Both the position numbers and the translations under genes were made by a program. 49,951 nt of DNA from Hydromonas sp. (lineage in GTDB: Bacteria; Pseudomonadota; Gammaproteobacteria; Burkholderiales; Burkholderiaceae): positions 1-49,951 of the forward strand of contig JAGNWC010000001.1 of assembly GCA_017986195.1 (NCBI GenBank). The letters are read 5' to 3'. The notes beneath the pieces were generated by a model that was given only the letters and a program-made list of their open reading frames with translations, ran no database searches and had not been told where the DNA came from. Below are positions 27,067-36,724 of this stretch, in pieces. Every line of letters begins with the position of its first letter. Position 1 is the stretch's first letter.

Positions 27067-28968
27067 TTATTCGACTCGCCCATCATCGTGCAATTGTTTG
27101 TAAATTTCCTGTGCGATTTTTTCAGAAATGCCTTCCACCTGCGCCAAATCCTGCACGCTGGCGTTTTTCACACCTGCCACGCCACCAAAACGTTTGAGCA
27201 ATGCGGCGCGACGTTTCGCACCCACGCCTTCGATTTCTTCGAGTCGCGAAACATTGCGGGTTTTCGCCCTCGCCGCACGCATCCCTGTAATTGCGAAACG
27301 GTGCGCCTCATCGCGTATCTGCGCAATCAGCATCAGCGCGGGTGAGAGTTTGCCGAGTTTCACAGACGCGCGTCCATCGGCGAAGACCAAAGTCTCTAAA
27401 CCCACGCGCCGCCCTTCGCCTTTGGACACGCCGACCAGCACCGAGATGTCCAAGCCCAATCCTTCAAACACCTCGCGCGCAATCGACAATTGACCTTTGC
27501 CACCATCAACCAGCACCATATCGGGCATGTGTTTGGCAAAATCCTCGTGTTGCTCATTTTGCACGCTTGATAACAACTCGGCAATTTTTTCATAACGGCG
27601 TTGCAACACTTGGCGCATCGCCGCGTAGTCATCGCCCGCGGTGATGCCTTTGATGTTGTAGCGGCGGTACTCGTTGTTCTGCATCGCGTGGTGTTGATAC
27701 ACCACGCAGGATGCTTGCGCCGCCTCGCCTGCGGTGTGGCTGATGTCAAAACATTCAACGCGAAAGTCGGATTTTTCGTCATCGGTTTCAATCTCACTGT
27801 GCAATACTTTGAGCAAATCTTCGGTACGCAACTTGGCACTCGCCGATTGTTGCATACGGCGCGAAAGTGCGAGCTGGGCGTTGTTCAATGCCATCTCGAG
27901 CCAAATTTTGCGCTGACCGCGCGGTTGTTTGACCCATTGCAAAGACCGTCCCACGGCATCGTTGAGCAATTCTGCAACCGCTTTGGATGGCATAAGCGCG
28001 CTAATCATCACACGTGGCGGCTCGCTGTCCAAATAGTGCTGAATCACAAAAGCATCCAACACAACCTGCGCGCTGCAATCCTGCGTGTGCTGTGGGAAAA
28101 ATGCTTTGTCACCCAAATGCCGCCCACCGCGCACCATCGCTAAATTCACACAGTAGCGCGCATCCGAATGCGTCACCGCAATGATGTCGGCATCGGTATC
28201 GTCGCCTGTGGATTCAACCGCTTGTTGGCTCATCATGTTCGAGAGCGCGGCGATTTTGTCACGGTACAGCGCGGCTTGCTCAAATTGCAATTGCTCGGCA
28301 GCAGTGTGCATTTTGCCTTGCAATTCATGCAACACCGCGTCCGACTCGCCGCGCAAGAACTTCACGCTTGCGACCACATCTGCAGCGTAGTCGGATTTGG
28401 AAATCAGTCCCACACAAGGCGCGGAGCAACGCTCAATTTGATGCAATATACACGGACGCGAGCGATTGCGAAACACAGTCTCATCACACGTGCGCAACAT
28501 AAAGACTTTTTGCAGTAATTTAATCGATTCTTTGACCGCGTAGCCGTTGGGAAACGGGCCAAAATACTGATGCACCTTGTCCACCGCACCTCGGTAATAC
28601 ACCATGCGTGGAAAATCATGGCGCGTCATTTTCAAAAATGGATAAGATTTATCATCACGAAACAAGATGTTGTAACGCGGTGCAAGTTGCTTGATTAAAT
28701 TATTTTCCAGCAACAACGCTTCGGTTTCGGTGCGCGTAATTGTCACATCCACGCGCACAATTTTTTGTACCATCAGCGCAATGCGTGGCGAATGACTGAG
28801 ATTTTTTTGAAAATAACTCGTCACCCGCTTTTTCAAATCTTTGGCTTTACCGACGTACAAAACCTCGTCATTGACACCGATATGACGATAAACCCCCGGT
28901 AAATGTTGCAAAGAAGCCAGCAACTCAGTGGGGTCAAACGCAGTGGAAGGGGTGTTTGTATCGGTCAT
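27067..28968 (-). CDS. uvrC: Excinuclease ABC subunit C
   Basis: GIY-YIG domain (PGVYRH...[17 protein letters not shown]), a UVR domain, an endonuclease V-like domain and C-terminal (HhH)2. Start placed at ATG 28968 (MTDTNTP...); the 25 further upstream codons have no support. Confidence 0.9.
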   Translation of the reverse strand: MTDTNTPSTAFDPTELLASLQHLPGVYRHIGVNDEVLYVGKAKDLKKRVTSYFQKNLSHSPRIALMVQKIVRVDVTITRTETEALLLENNLIKQLAPRYNILFRDDKSYPFLKMTRHDFPRMVYYRGAVDKVHQYFGPFPNGYAVKESIKLLQKVFMLRTCDETVFRNRSRPCILHQIERCSAPCVGLISKSDYAADVVASVKFLRGESDAVLHELQGKMHTAAEQLQFEQAALYRDKIAALSNMMSQQAVESTGDDTDADIIAVTHSDARYCVNLAMVRGGRHLGDKAFFPQHTQDCSAQVVLDAFVIQHYLDSEPPRVMISALMPSKAVAELLNDAVGRSLQWVKQPRGQRKIWLEMALNNAQLALSRRMQQSASAKLRTEDLLKVLHSEIETDDEKSDFRVECFDISHTAGEAAQASCVVYQHHAMQNNEYRRYNIKGITAGDDYAAMRQVLQRRYEKIAELLSSVQNEQHEDFAKHMPDMVLVDGGKGQLSIAREVFEGLGLDISVLVGVSKGEGRRVGLETLVFADGRASVKLGKLSPALMLIAQIRDEAHRFAITGMRAARAKTRNVSRLEEIEGVGAKRRAALLKRFGGVAGVKNASVQDLAQVEGISEKIAQEIYKQLHDDGRVE

Positions 28969-29102
28969 GTGTGAATTGTAACTGAAAATATAGGCTTCAA
29001 ATTGGCAAACACGCTGCAAAGCAAACATTGCTGTGATTGACAAAAAATACCCAATATATTCTGCGATTTCCCCACCCCCTTAGGTGGCTCATCGGGTAAA
29101 AT

Positions 29103-29126
29103 GTGACAGTTTTATGACGCTGTCAT
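29103..29126. promoter_or_regulatory. Pho-box-like sequence upstream of the DUF47-PiT operon
   Basis: The reverse complement of 29103..29120 is GCGTCATAAAACTGTCAC, 15/18 identical to the E. coli Pho box consensus CTGTCATAAAACTGTCAT. A further CTGTCAT half-site lies on the plus strand at 29120..29126, overlapping a TAGAAT -10-like hexamer. The orientation relative to the plus-strand operon is atypical. Confidence 0.3.
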
Positions 29127-29191
29127 AGAATATTGAGTGCACTGATGCAATCAACGTCCCCTACACGTTTATCCAACGAAAAAGGTTCATT

Positions 29192-29818
29192 ATGTTTAAT
29201 CGTTTTATGCCCAAAGAAGGCAAGTTCTTCACTTTATTTAACCAACACGCCGCATTGCTCACCGTATCGGCTCAAGAAATGGTGGCTTTGTTCAACGACA
29301 TTGACAACGCGGACAAGTACATACAAGTGATTCGCGACAATGAGAAAAAAGCCGACCGCTTAACTTATGAAACCGTTGATTTACTGCACAAAACCTTTAT
29401 CACACCGCTGGATCGTGATGTGATTTTGAAATTGGTGACCAATTTAGACGACATCATCGACATGATGGAAGACGTGGCCGAAACCATTTCACTATACGAC
29501 GTGCGTAAATCCTCGGCAAGTGCCCAAAAACTTTGTACGATTATTTTGGCATGCTGCGAGCGTTTAGAAAAAGCCGTCAATTACTTAGAAAACATGAAAA
29601 ACACCGCCGAAGTATTGCGTTTGGCGTCCGAAATCGAACGTTTGGAATCCGATGCTGACCGCGTTCTGCGCGACGCCATGTCTGGCTTGTTCCGCGAAGA
29701 GGAAAACGTCAAAGACCTCATCAAATACAAAGCCTTATACGAACTGCTCGAGTCCATCACCGATAAATGCAAAGACGTGGGCAATATCATTCAAGGCATT
29801 ATGGTTGAAAACACTTGA
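29192..29818 (+). CDS. DUF47 (PhoU-like, YkaA/TIGR00153) phosphate-transport accessory protein
   Basis: 208-aa helical protein with the typical MFNRFMPKEGKFF..F N-terminus, always paired with a PiT transporter gene. Confidence 0.8.
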   Translation: MFNRFMPKEGKFFTLFNQHAALLTVSAQEMVALFNDIDNADKYIQVIRDNEKKADRLTYETVDLLHKTFITPLDRDVILKLVTNLDDIIDMMEDVAETISLYDVRKSSASAQKLCTIILACCERLEKAVNYLENMKNTAEVLRLASEIERLESDADRVLRDAMSGLFREEENVKDLIKYKALYELLESITDKCKDVGNIIQGIMVENT

Positions 29819-29874
29819 TTTGTTTGAACGTCATCGTCACATTTTAACCATCGCATTTGAATTAAAGGCACATC

Positions 29875-30885
29875 ATGTCAAACTCTTTACACATCGGAAT
29901 GGGTATGATGCTATTTCTCGTAGCACTGGCTCTGATATTCGATTTTATGAATGGATTTCATGATTCAGCGAACTCCATTGCCACTGTGGTTTCCACGGGG
30001 GTACTCAAACCCCACCATGCCGTCTTAATGGCAGCGAGTTTCAACTTCATCGCTTTTTATGTTTTGCCACACAAAGTCGCCGCCACCATTGGTAAAGGCA
30101 TTATTCAAGGTTCGGTGGTTGATCAATACGTGATTTTTGGTGCCTTGATGGGGGCGATTATCTGGAATGTGATTACGTGGTACTACGGCATTCCATCCTC
30201 CTCGTCACACGCCTTGATGGGCGGACTCATCGGTGCTGCAGTGGCCAAAAGTGGTTTTGCTGTGCTCATCGCCGACAAAATTTTACAAACCATCATGTTT
30301 ATCTTCATCTCGCCTGCTTTGGGCTTTTTGTTGGGCTCAACCATCATGCTGCTTGTCGGTTGGGTTTTTTACCGAACGGCCCCCGCAAGGGTTGATCGAT
30401 GGTTTCGTCGATTACAATTGTTTTCAGCCGCCATGTACAGCTTGGGACACGGCGGTAACGATGCACAAAAAACCATGGGGATTATCTGGTTGATTCTGCT
30501 CGCAGGGGGGGTGATCGGCGCAAATGATGAATTACCACTTTGGGTCGGTTATGCTTGTTTTGGTGCGATTGCATTTGGAACGCTGTTTGGCGGCTGGCGG
30601 ATTGTCAAAACCATGGGGCAAAAACTCTGCAAACTCAAACCTGTTAGTGGCTTTGCCGCTGAAACGGGGGGTGCAATCACCCTGTTCACAGCAACCGCTA
30701 TGGGCATCCCGGTATCAACCACGCACACCATCACGGGTGCCATCATGGGCGCAGGCTCAACCATGAAAGCATCCTCGGTACACTGGGGTTTGGCGGGTAA
30801 TATCGTTTGGGCTTGGATATTCACCATCCCCGCATCGGCATTGATTGCCGCTGTATCATGGTGGGTGGCTTCGAAATTGTTTTAA
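29875..30885 (+). CDS. Inorganic phosphate transporter, PiT family
   Basis: 336 aa, polytopic. Carries the duplicated PiT signature (FDFMNGFHDSANSIAT and GHGGNDAQKTMG). Confidence 0.9.
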   Translation: MSNSLHIGMGMMLFLVALALIFDFMNGFHDSANSIATVVSTGVLKPHHAVLMAASFNFIAFYVLPHKVAATIGKGIIQGSVVDQYVIFGALMGAIIWNVITWYYGIPSSSSHALMGGLIGAAVAKSGFAVLIADKILQTIMFIFISPALGFLLGSTIMLLVGWVFYRTAPARVDRWFRRLQLFSAAMYSLGHGGNDAQKTMGIIWLILLAGGVIGANDELPLWVGYACFGAIAFGTLFGGWRIVKTMGQKLCKLKPVSGFAAETGGAITLFTATAMGIPVSTTHTITGAIMGAGSTMKASSVHWGLAGNIVWAWIFTIPASALIAAVSWWVASKLF

Positions 30886-30906
30886 TAAATTCATAACCGC
30901 ACACGT

Positions 30907-30939
30907 AAAAAATCCCGAACAATTATTCGGGATTTTTTT
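30907..30939. terminator. Bidirectional terminator between the PiT gene and the TrmH-family gene
   Basis: 9-bp perfect stem aatcccgaa/ttcgggatt with a 6-nt loop, an A-run upstream and T5+ downstream. Confidence 0.8.
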
Positions 30940-30946
30940 ATGGTGG

Positions 30947-31750
30947 TTATTTCTGTGCTTGCTGCTGTCGCAGCATTTCAAACAGACACACCGCCGTTGC
31001 TGAAGCGACATTGAGCGATTCTCCCACGTGCATTGGGATGGTCAGTGCAGCATCGGCTTGCGCGAGCAACTCGGCACTCAAACCCGCACCTTCATTGCCC
31101 ATCAGCCAAGCAGTTGGGCGACTCAAATCCTGTTGGTAGATGCTGTGCGTGCCGTGCGAAGTGGTGGCACAGACGGTAATTTGATTGTGTTTGAGTGCTT
31201 GTATCGCCGCGTTTAAATCAACATTCTCGCAGATGCGAATACCAAAATGCGCGCCCACACCCGCACGGATGACTTTCGCGCTGTACGGGTTGACGCATTG
31301 CGCATTGAGCCAAACTTCAGACATACCCGCCGCCGCACAAGTACGCAAAATCGAACCCATATTGCCAGGGTCTTGAATACCATCCAAAAGCACCACATTG
31401 CCTGAGATGTTCTCAAAATTCATCGGCCCAATTGCGGGGCGTTGCACTTCAAACACCACCGAAATCCCCTGTTCTAAAACTGACAATTCACGAAATAAAC
31501 CACCATCCAACTCCATCACTGGGATGTGTTGACTTTGCGCGTTGAGCAACAATGCCTGAATCTCTCGGTCATTCAATGCCGATGCGCCGACCCAAGCTTT
31601 CTCGATGCGCAGTTGGTGTACCGCTTGATGCTTGAGCAATAATTGACAGGCGTGCACACCCTCGACCGCCATCATCCCATCGCTGCGCTTGGGTTGATGG
31701 ATGAGTTTTTTCAGGGCTTTAAATTGCGGATTGTCTTTGGAGGTAATCAT
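30947..31750 (-). CDS. TrmH/SpoU-family RNA 2'-O-methyltransferase
   Basis: SpoU methylase motifs (LDGIQDPGNMGSILRT, LMGNEGAGLS, IPM....ESLNVASA). Confidence 0.8.
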   Translation of the reverse strand: MITSKDNPQFKALKKLIHQPKRSDGMMAVEGVHACQLLLKHQAVHQLRIEKAWVGASALNDREIQALLLNAQSQHIPVMELDGGLFRELSVLEQGISVVFEVQRPAIGPMNFENISGNVVLLDGIQDPGNMGSILRTCAAAGMSEVWLNAQCVNPYSAKVIRAGVGAHFGIRICENVDLNAAIQALKHNQITVCATTSHGTHSIYQQDLSRPTAWLMGNEGAGLSAELLAQADAALTIPMHVGESLNVASATAVCLFEMLRQQQAQK

Positions 31751-31772
31751 GCTGGCTCATTTATTTTTTCAG

Positions 31773-32408
31773 TTATTTTTTTGATTTAAATTGCAAACTC
31801 TTCACAGGCGCGAAACTCATGCGATGCTCGGGTGTTGCGCCGTATTGTTGTAATGCTTCTAAGTGCGCCGCTGTTGGATAGCCTTTGTGTTGCGCAAAAC
31901 CGTATTCTGGATACAAATTATGCAAACGCAGACAATCGGCATCGCGCGCGACTTTTGCCAAAATCGATGCGGCCGAAATCGCAGGTTCTTTGGCATCACC
32001 TTGAACCATCGCACCGCCCGCATACTGCGCCACCATCAAACCTTTGGGGAAATGGTTGCCATCGACCCACACCCAATCAGGGCGAATGCTCAAGCCCTGC
32101 ACCGCGCGCGTCATCGCCAGCATACTCGCTTGCAGGATATTGAACTCATCTATTTCCGCCACGCTCGCACTGGCGATACACCATGCGCGTGCTTCATTTT
32201 TGATTTGCTCAGACAATCGCTCGCGGGTTTTTGCGGACAGTTTTTTGGAGTCTGCCAATCCAGTGATGGGTTTGTCCAATATCACCGCCGCGGCAAACAC
32301 CGCACCCGCCAATGGCCCGCGTCCTGCTTCATCCGCACCGCATAGGTGTTTGGCTTGCTCAGGCGAAGTCGTGTCATCGCTGAATAAATCGAACTTAACT
32401 GCGCGCAT
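31773..32408 (-). CDS. rnhB: Ribonuclease HII
   Basis: [24 protein letters not shown] and the HKGY C-terminal region. Follows lpxB, as in E. coli. Confidence 0.92.
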   Translation of the reverse strand: MRAVKFDLFSDDTTSPEQAKHLCGADEAGRGPLAGAVFAAAVILDKPITGLADSKKLSAKTRERLSEQIKNEARAWCIASASVAEIDEFNILQASMLAMTRAVQGLSIRPDWVWVDGNHFPKGLMVAQYAGGAMVQGDAKEPAISAASILAKVARDADCLRLHNLYPEYGFAQHKGYPTAAHLEALQQYGATPEHRMSFAPVKSLQFKSKK

Positions 32409-33593
32409 TTAGTTCACCCGGGTTCGAACTTGCTCAATCGCTTGGACACATAAATTTGGCGTGTCGGCGATTAAACTCTCGTGCATCTGCGTGAGTTGCT
32501 CATGCACGCTGGCATCTTTGGCATAACGCTCAATTTCGTTGGTCAGTGCGTCTGCCAAACCTTGCGTCGTTGCCTCATTTTGTAAAATCTCGGGGATAAA
32601 ATGCTGGCGCATGAGGATATTTGGCAAACCTATCCACGGTTGCAATGCCACGTGAGGGTAGATTTTGGCCGACAACCATGAGGTTTGATACGAAATAATA
32701 CTGGGTTTTTTGTACAACGCCACTTCCAAACTCGCTGTACCGCTGGCAACGATGGTCGCATCGGCCGCCTCCATAATCGTGCGCGCTTGTCCATCAAACC
32801 AATGAATGGACAAATTAGGCGCATGTTCTTGTTGAATGTTGAGCAGCTGCACGCGCAAATTGGCATGGGCAATCGGCACCAAGCACACCAGTTTGACCGA
32901 TGCACCCATGCGTTGCGCCATCAATTGCGCGGCTTTAAAAAAATTCGGCGCGTTGTACTGAATTTCTGAAGCGCGTGAGCCAGGCAACAATGCCAAAGCA
33001 AACGCATCTTTATCAATCCCCAATATCTGTTTTGCCTGTTCTGGTTGAGCAATCAAGGGAATTTGCTGGGCAAACGGATGCCCCACATAGGTCGCGGGTA
33101 TGCCCGCATCATCATAAATTTTTTGCTCGAACGGAAAAATCAGCAGCATATGGTCAACCGCTCGGCGGATTTTTTCGATGCGCCCCGCTCGCCAAGCCCA
33201 AATCGACGGACTGACATAATGCATGGTCGGCACACCCTGCGCACGCAGTTGGGTTTCAACCCCCAAATTAAAATCAGGCGCGTCAATTCCAACGAACACA
33301 TCGGGGCGCATCGCTATCGTGCGCTGTATCAATTCGCTGCGCATTTTTAAAATACGCGGCAGATGTTTGATGGGCTCAAAGTAACCACGCACCGCCAAAG
33401 ATTGCGATGACCACCATGCTTGCGCGCCTTGCGCCACCATCGCATCACCGACGATGCCTGCACTGGTGGTTTGTGCGTAGTGCGCATGCGCGCCTTGTAA
33501 TAGCACTGCCGCCAATTGGTCGCCCGAGGACTCACCTGCCACCATCACCAAGCGCACGGATTCAGTATTTGTCATATGTGTCATAGGTGTCAT
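32409..33593 (-). CDS. lpxB: Lipid-A-disaccharide synthase
   Basis: VAGESSGD N-terminal motif and GT19 family length. Three in-frame ATGs (33593, 33584, 33575) arise from a 9-bp triplication, so the exact start is uncertain. Confidence 0.9.
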   Translation of the reverse strand: MTPMTHMTNTESVRLVMVAGESSGDQLAAVLLQGAHAHYAQTTSAGIVGDAMVAQGAQAWWSSQSLAVRGYFEPIKHLPRILKMRSELIQRTIAMRPDVFVGIDAPDFNLGVETQLRAQGVPTMHYVSPSIWAWRAGRIEKIRRAVDHMLLIFPFEQKIYDDAGIPATYVGHPFAQQIPLIAQPEQAKQILGIDKDAFALALLPGSRASEIQYNAPNFFKAAQLMAQRMGASVKLVCLVPIAHANLRVQLLNIQQEHAPNLSIHWFDGQARTIMEAADATIVASGTASLEVALYKKPSIISYQTSWLSAKIYPHVALQPWIGLPNILMRQHFIPEILQNEATTQGLADALTNEIERYAKDASVHEQLTQMHESLIADTPNLCVQAIEQVRTRVN

Positions 33594-33598
33594 TTATT

Positions 33599-33626
33599 GT
33601 AAAAAATGCCTGTGATCACAGGCATT
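33599..33626 (-). terminator. Terminator-like hairpin between lpxA and lpxB
   Basis: Perfect 22-nt palindrome aatgcctgtgatcacaggcatt (33605..33626), followed on the minus strand by T6, with the T-run ending 7 nt before the lpxB ATG. Confidence 0.45.
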
Positions 33627-33656
33627 CATCATACGGTTGTAGGATTGCAGTCGCGC

Positions 33657-34448
33657 TCATCGAACAATGCCACGCTCAGCCGTGCGTAAAAAATCCGCCA
33701 TCAAACGCATCGCCGAAGCGTTGGCGGCATCGGCTTGCATGGCTTGCTCAATCGCTTCAATCGCCTGCTCAATGGTTAAATCCTGACGGAACACCATTTT
33801 ATAGGCTCGTTTGATTGACATGATTTGCTCGGGTGAAAAACCACGGCGTTTCAATCCTTCAGAGTTGATGCCATAAACAGCACTCGGATTACCCGAAATC
33901 ATCACATAGGGTAAAACATCTTTATGCAAGGCACTACCGCCACCAACCATTGCATGTGCGCCAATTTTAATAAACTGGTGCACCCCAGTCATACCGCCAA
34001 CAATCGCCCAATCCTGTACGTGCACATGACCTGCCAGTTGCGCATTGCTGGCTAAAATGGTTTTATTACCGATTTGACAATCATGCGCAATGTGCACATA
34101 ACCCATAATCCAATTGTCGTCGCCAATCCGCGTGATGCCTTCATCCTGAGCCGTGCCTGTATGTACACTGGTGAATTCGCGAATGGTATTCCTATCCCCA
34201 ATCAGCAGCTGGGTGGGCTCACCCGCGTATTTTTTGTCCTGCGGTGCGCCACCCAAGAGCACATGATGACCAATTTTATTTTCGACCCCAATACTCGTAT
34301 GACCCTCAATCACACTGTGCGAACCAATTTCGGTGCGCGCACCAATCACCACATTAGCACCAATCACGCTGTACGCGCCGACTTTCACATCGTCCGCCAA
34401 TTGCGCTTGCGGGTCAATAATTGCGGTGGGATGAATATTTAAACTCAT
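33657..34448 (-). CDS. lpxA: Acyl-ACP--UDP-N-acetylglucosamine O-acyltransferase
   Basis: Left-handed beta-helix hexapeptide repeats with MSLNIHPTAIIDP at the start and a C-terminal helical domain. Start placed at ATG 34448, avoiding overlap with fabZ. Confidence 0.92.
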   Translation of the reverse strand: MSLNIHPTAIIDPQAQLADDVKVGAYSVIGANVVIGARTEIGSHSVIEGHTSIGVENKIGHHVLLGGAPQDKKYAGEPTQLLIGDRNTIREFTSVHTGTAQDEGITRIGDDNWIMGYVHIAHDCQIGNKTILASNAQLAGHVHVQDWAIVGGMTGVHQFIKIGAHAMVGGGSALHKDVLPYVMISGNPSAVYGINSEGLKRRGFSPEQIMSIKRAYKMVFRQDLTIEQAIEAIEQAMQADAANASAMRLMADFLRTAERGIVR

Positions 34449-34470
34449 ATGTTCACTTTGTATTTTATAT

Positions 34471-34947
34471 TTATTTGGGTTTGATGATTTCATCACCTGT
34501 TTCAATACGATAGGTGCAAATCAACTCCGCTTGTGCCGCTACTTGCCCATCGACTTTGGCGACGGTCGAAAAATACGCAAAACCTCGATGCACTTTAGTG
34601 AGTACGGCCTCTAAAACCAATTGATCCCCTGGTTCCACTTGGCGTTTGAAACGCACTTTCTCCATGCCCACAAAAAAATACATCGCATCAGGATGCATAT
34701 CCGTCACCCACAACAAAGCCGAGGCCTGCGCCAGTGCTTCCATAATCAACACACCTGGCATCACAGGGCGTTTGGGGAAATGTCCTGTGAAAAACTGCTC
34801 GTTCATCGTGACATTTTTAATCGCAATCAACTTGGTTTGCGGTATCACCTCAATCACACGATCAATCAATAAAAAAGGGTAACGATGCGGCAAACGCTTC
34901 ATTACCTCATTAATATCGTAACCCGTGTCTGTTATCGTTAAAGCCAT
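34471..34947 (-). CDS. fabZ: 3-hydroxyacyl-ACP dehydratase FabZ
   Basis: [13 protein letters not shown] and FF.GHFP..PVMPGVL..EA.AQ motifs. GAGGG RBS before ATG 34947. The listed start at 34965 is a TTG. Confidence 0.92.
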   Translation of the reverse strand: MALTITDTGYDINEVMKRLPHRYPFLLIDRVIEVIPQTKLIAIKNVTMNEQFFTGHFPKRPVMPGVLIMEALAQASALLWVTDMHPDAMYFFVGMEKVRFKRQVEPGDQLVLEAVLTKVHRGFAYFSTVAKVDGQVAAQAELICTYRIETGDEIIKPK

Positions 34948-34961
34948 TTTGCCCTCTAATC

Positions 34962-36071
34962 TCAATCCTTGCCTTGCTGATTGGTATCAGCATTTTTTTG
35001 TAAACCCCGAATCCGCTTGCGTAAATCCGCCAAATGCCGCATCAGCGGCGCGTTTCGTTCCCATTCGCGATGTGTGCTTGCTGGGTAAATACCCGTATAT
35101 TGACCTGCTGTTTTTATATCTGAAATAATCGCTGTGCCACCTGACACGATGGTGTTATCGGCGATGCGCAAATGACCGCCCAATAATGCACCGCCGCCGA
35201 TCATGCACGATTCACCAATCTCGGTACTGCCCGCCATCGCCGCGCAACCTGCAATCGCCGTGCGTGCACCAATCACGCAATTGTGCGCGATGTGAACCAA
35301 ATTATCAATCTTAACGCCGTTGTGAATCACCGTATCGGTCAACGCACCTCTGTCGATGGTGGTGTTTGCACCAATTTCGACATCATCGCCCACCAAAACG
35401 CGACCCACTTGTGGGATTTTGTGCCAACCCTTAGGTGTGGGCGCAAAGCCAAAACCATCCGAACCAATCACCGCACCTGAGTGAATGATGCAACGCGCAC
35501 CAATTTCACAATCATGGTACAACGCAACATTTGGATACACGTGTGAATTCGCGCCAATTTTCACGTGCCGACCAACCACCACGCCCGCCGCCAAAGTCAC
35601 ATTATCGCCAATCTGCGCGTATTCGTCCACCGTTACCTGCGCGCCAATACAAACATTTTTGCCAATCTGAGCCGTTGGTGCAATCACGGCACTGGCATGG
35701 ATGCTGGTTTTCTCAGGGGCTGCGGGCGAATACAAACGCTGCGCGACCATCGCAAACAATGCATACGGCTGAGCACAAATGGCAAAGGTACTTCGTGTGG
35801 TATCGATGTTTTGTGACTGCAGCCACTCAAAATCGGTTGCCGTTAAAGCAATCACCCTCGCTTGACACCGAAGCAACTGCTCGCGAAACTTTGGATTACT
35901 CAAAAAAGCGAATGCATTTTCACGCGCCAAATCAAGCGGCGCGATGTGGGTCACGGACACATCACGAGCGTCTTCAGTAGCAGCCCAGCGCACATCCGCC
36001 TGCACCATCAGAAACAAATCAGCCAGTGTTCGTGGTTCAACCAACACTGGCTTATAAGACACTTCACTCAT
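34962..36071 (-). CDS. lpxD: UDP-3-O-acylglucosamine N-acyltransferase
   Basis: Hexapeptide-repeat beta-helix with an LpxD N-terminal uridine-binding domain. GAGGAAAAC RBS before ATG 36071. Confidence 0.9.
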   Translation of the reverse strand: MSEVSYKPVLVEPRTLADLFLMVQADVRWAATEDARDVSVTHIAPLDLARENAFAFLSNPKFREQLLRCQARVIALTATDFEWLQSQNIDTTRSTFAICAQPYALFAMVAQRLYSPAAPEKTSIHASAVIAPTAQIGKNVCIGAQVTVDEYAQIGDNVTLAAGVVVGRHVKIGANSHVYPNVALYHDCEIGARCIIHSGAVIGSDGFGFAPTPKGWHKIPQVGRVLVGDDVEIGANTTIDRGALTDTVIHNGVKIDNLVHIAHNCVIGARTAIAGCAAMAGSTEIGESCMIGGGALLGGHLRIADNTIVSGGTAIISDIKTAGQYTGIYPASTHREWERNAPLMRHLADLRKRIRGLQKNADTNQQGKD

Positions 36072-36172
36072 GTTTTCCTCTACAAATCTTTGGCTTGACC
36101 CGCACGAAAGTACAGCGATGCTGACGCATCCCACCTCAGAAAAATGGGGGTTAGAACGCGCCGCACATGAAA

Positions 36173-36688
36173 TTATTTCAACTGGTCAATAACTCGCTGC
36201 GTCATATCGTATTCTGGCTTGATATAAACCGCTTCTTGCACCACCAAGTCGTAACCATCTTTCTCGGCAATTTGCCGAATCACGTTATTGGCATTCCTCA
36301 ATAAATCTTGCAGTAATTTATTTTGCGCATTGGATAAATCCGTTTCAAACGAAGCGCGCTCCATCTCGAAAGCCTCAATACTCTTGCCAATTGCTGACTC
36401 ACGCGCCGCACGCTGTTCATCCGTTAAATTTGGGAAGTCTTTTTCATACTTTTGCTGCGCATCTCGCAAATTGGTCGCGTTTTTTTCCAAGGCTTTTTCA
36501 CGCGATTTAAACTCTTTGTCTAAACTCATACGAGCCTTTTTCGCAGGGGTCGATTCAGCAATCAAACGGTCTAAACTCACATACCCAACCTTAAACCCAC
36601 CGTCTGCATGCACTGTATTTAAAGCCAAAGCGCCGATGACTGCCACACAACAAATGGCAGCCTTATTGAATAATTTTGTTGCTTGCAT
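36173..36688 (-). CDS. skp: Periplasmic chaperone Skp (OmpH family)
   Basis: 171 aa with a signal peptide and a Lys/Glu-rich coiled-coil body. Sits between bamA and lpxD. Confidence 0.85.
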   Translation of the reverse strand: MQATKLFNKAAICCVAVIGALALNTVHADGGFKVGYVSLDRLIAESTPAKKARMSLDKEFKSREKALEKNATNLRDAQQKYEKDFPNLTDEQRAARESAIGKSIEAFEMERASFETDLSNAQNKLLQDLLRNANNVIRQIAEKDGYDLVVQEAVYIKPEYDMTQRVIDQLK

Positions 36689-36724
36689 TGATTAATTACC
36701 TTTCAAAATTGTAACGCCGTCATA

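Noticed and set aside
26731-28143. Long plus-strand ORFs (204 aa, 180 aa and others) antisense to pgsA and uvrC
   Set aside because: These are shadow ORFs opposite well-supported genes. They are Arg/His/Gln-rich with no recognisable domains. The same applies to 47983..48558 opposite ftsK and to the many ORFs opposite acnB.
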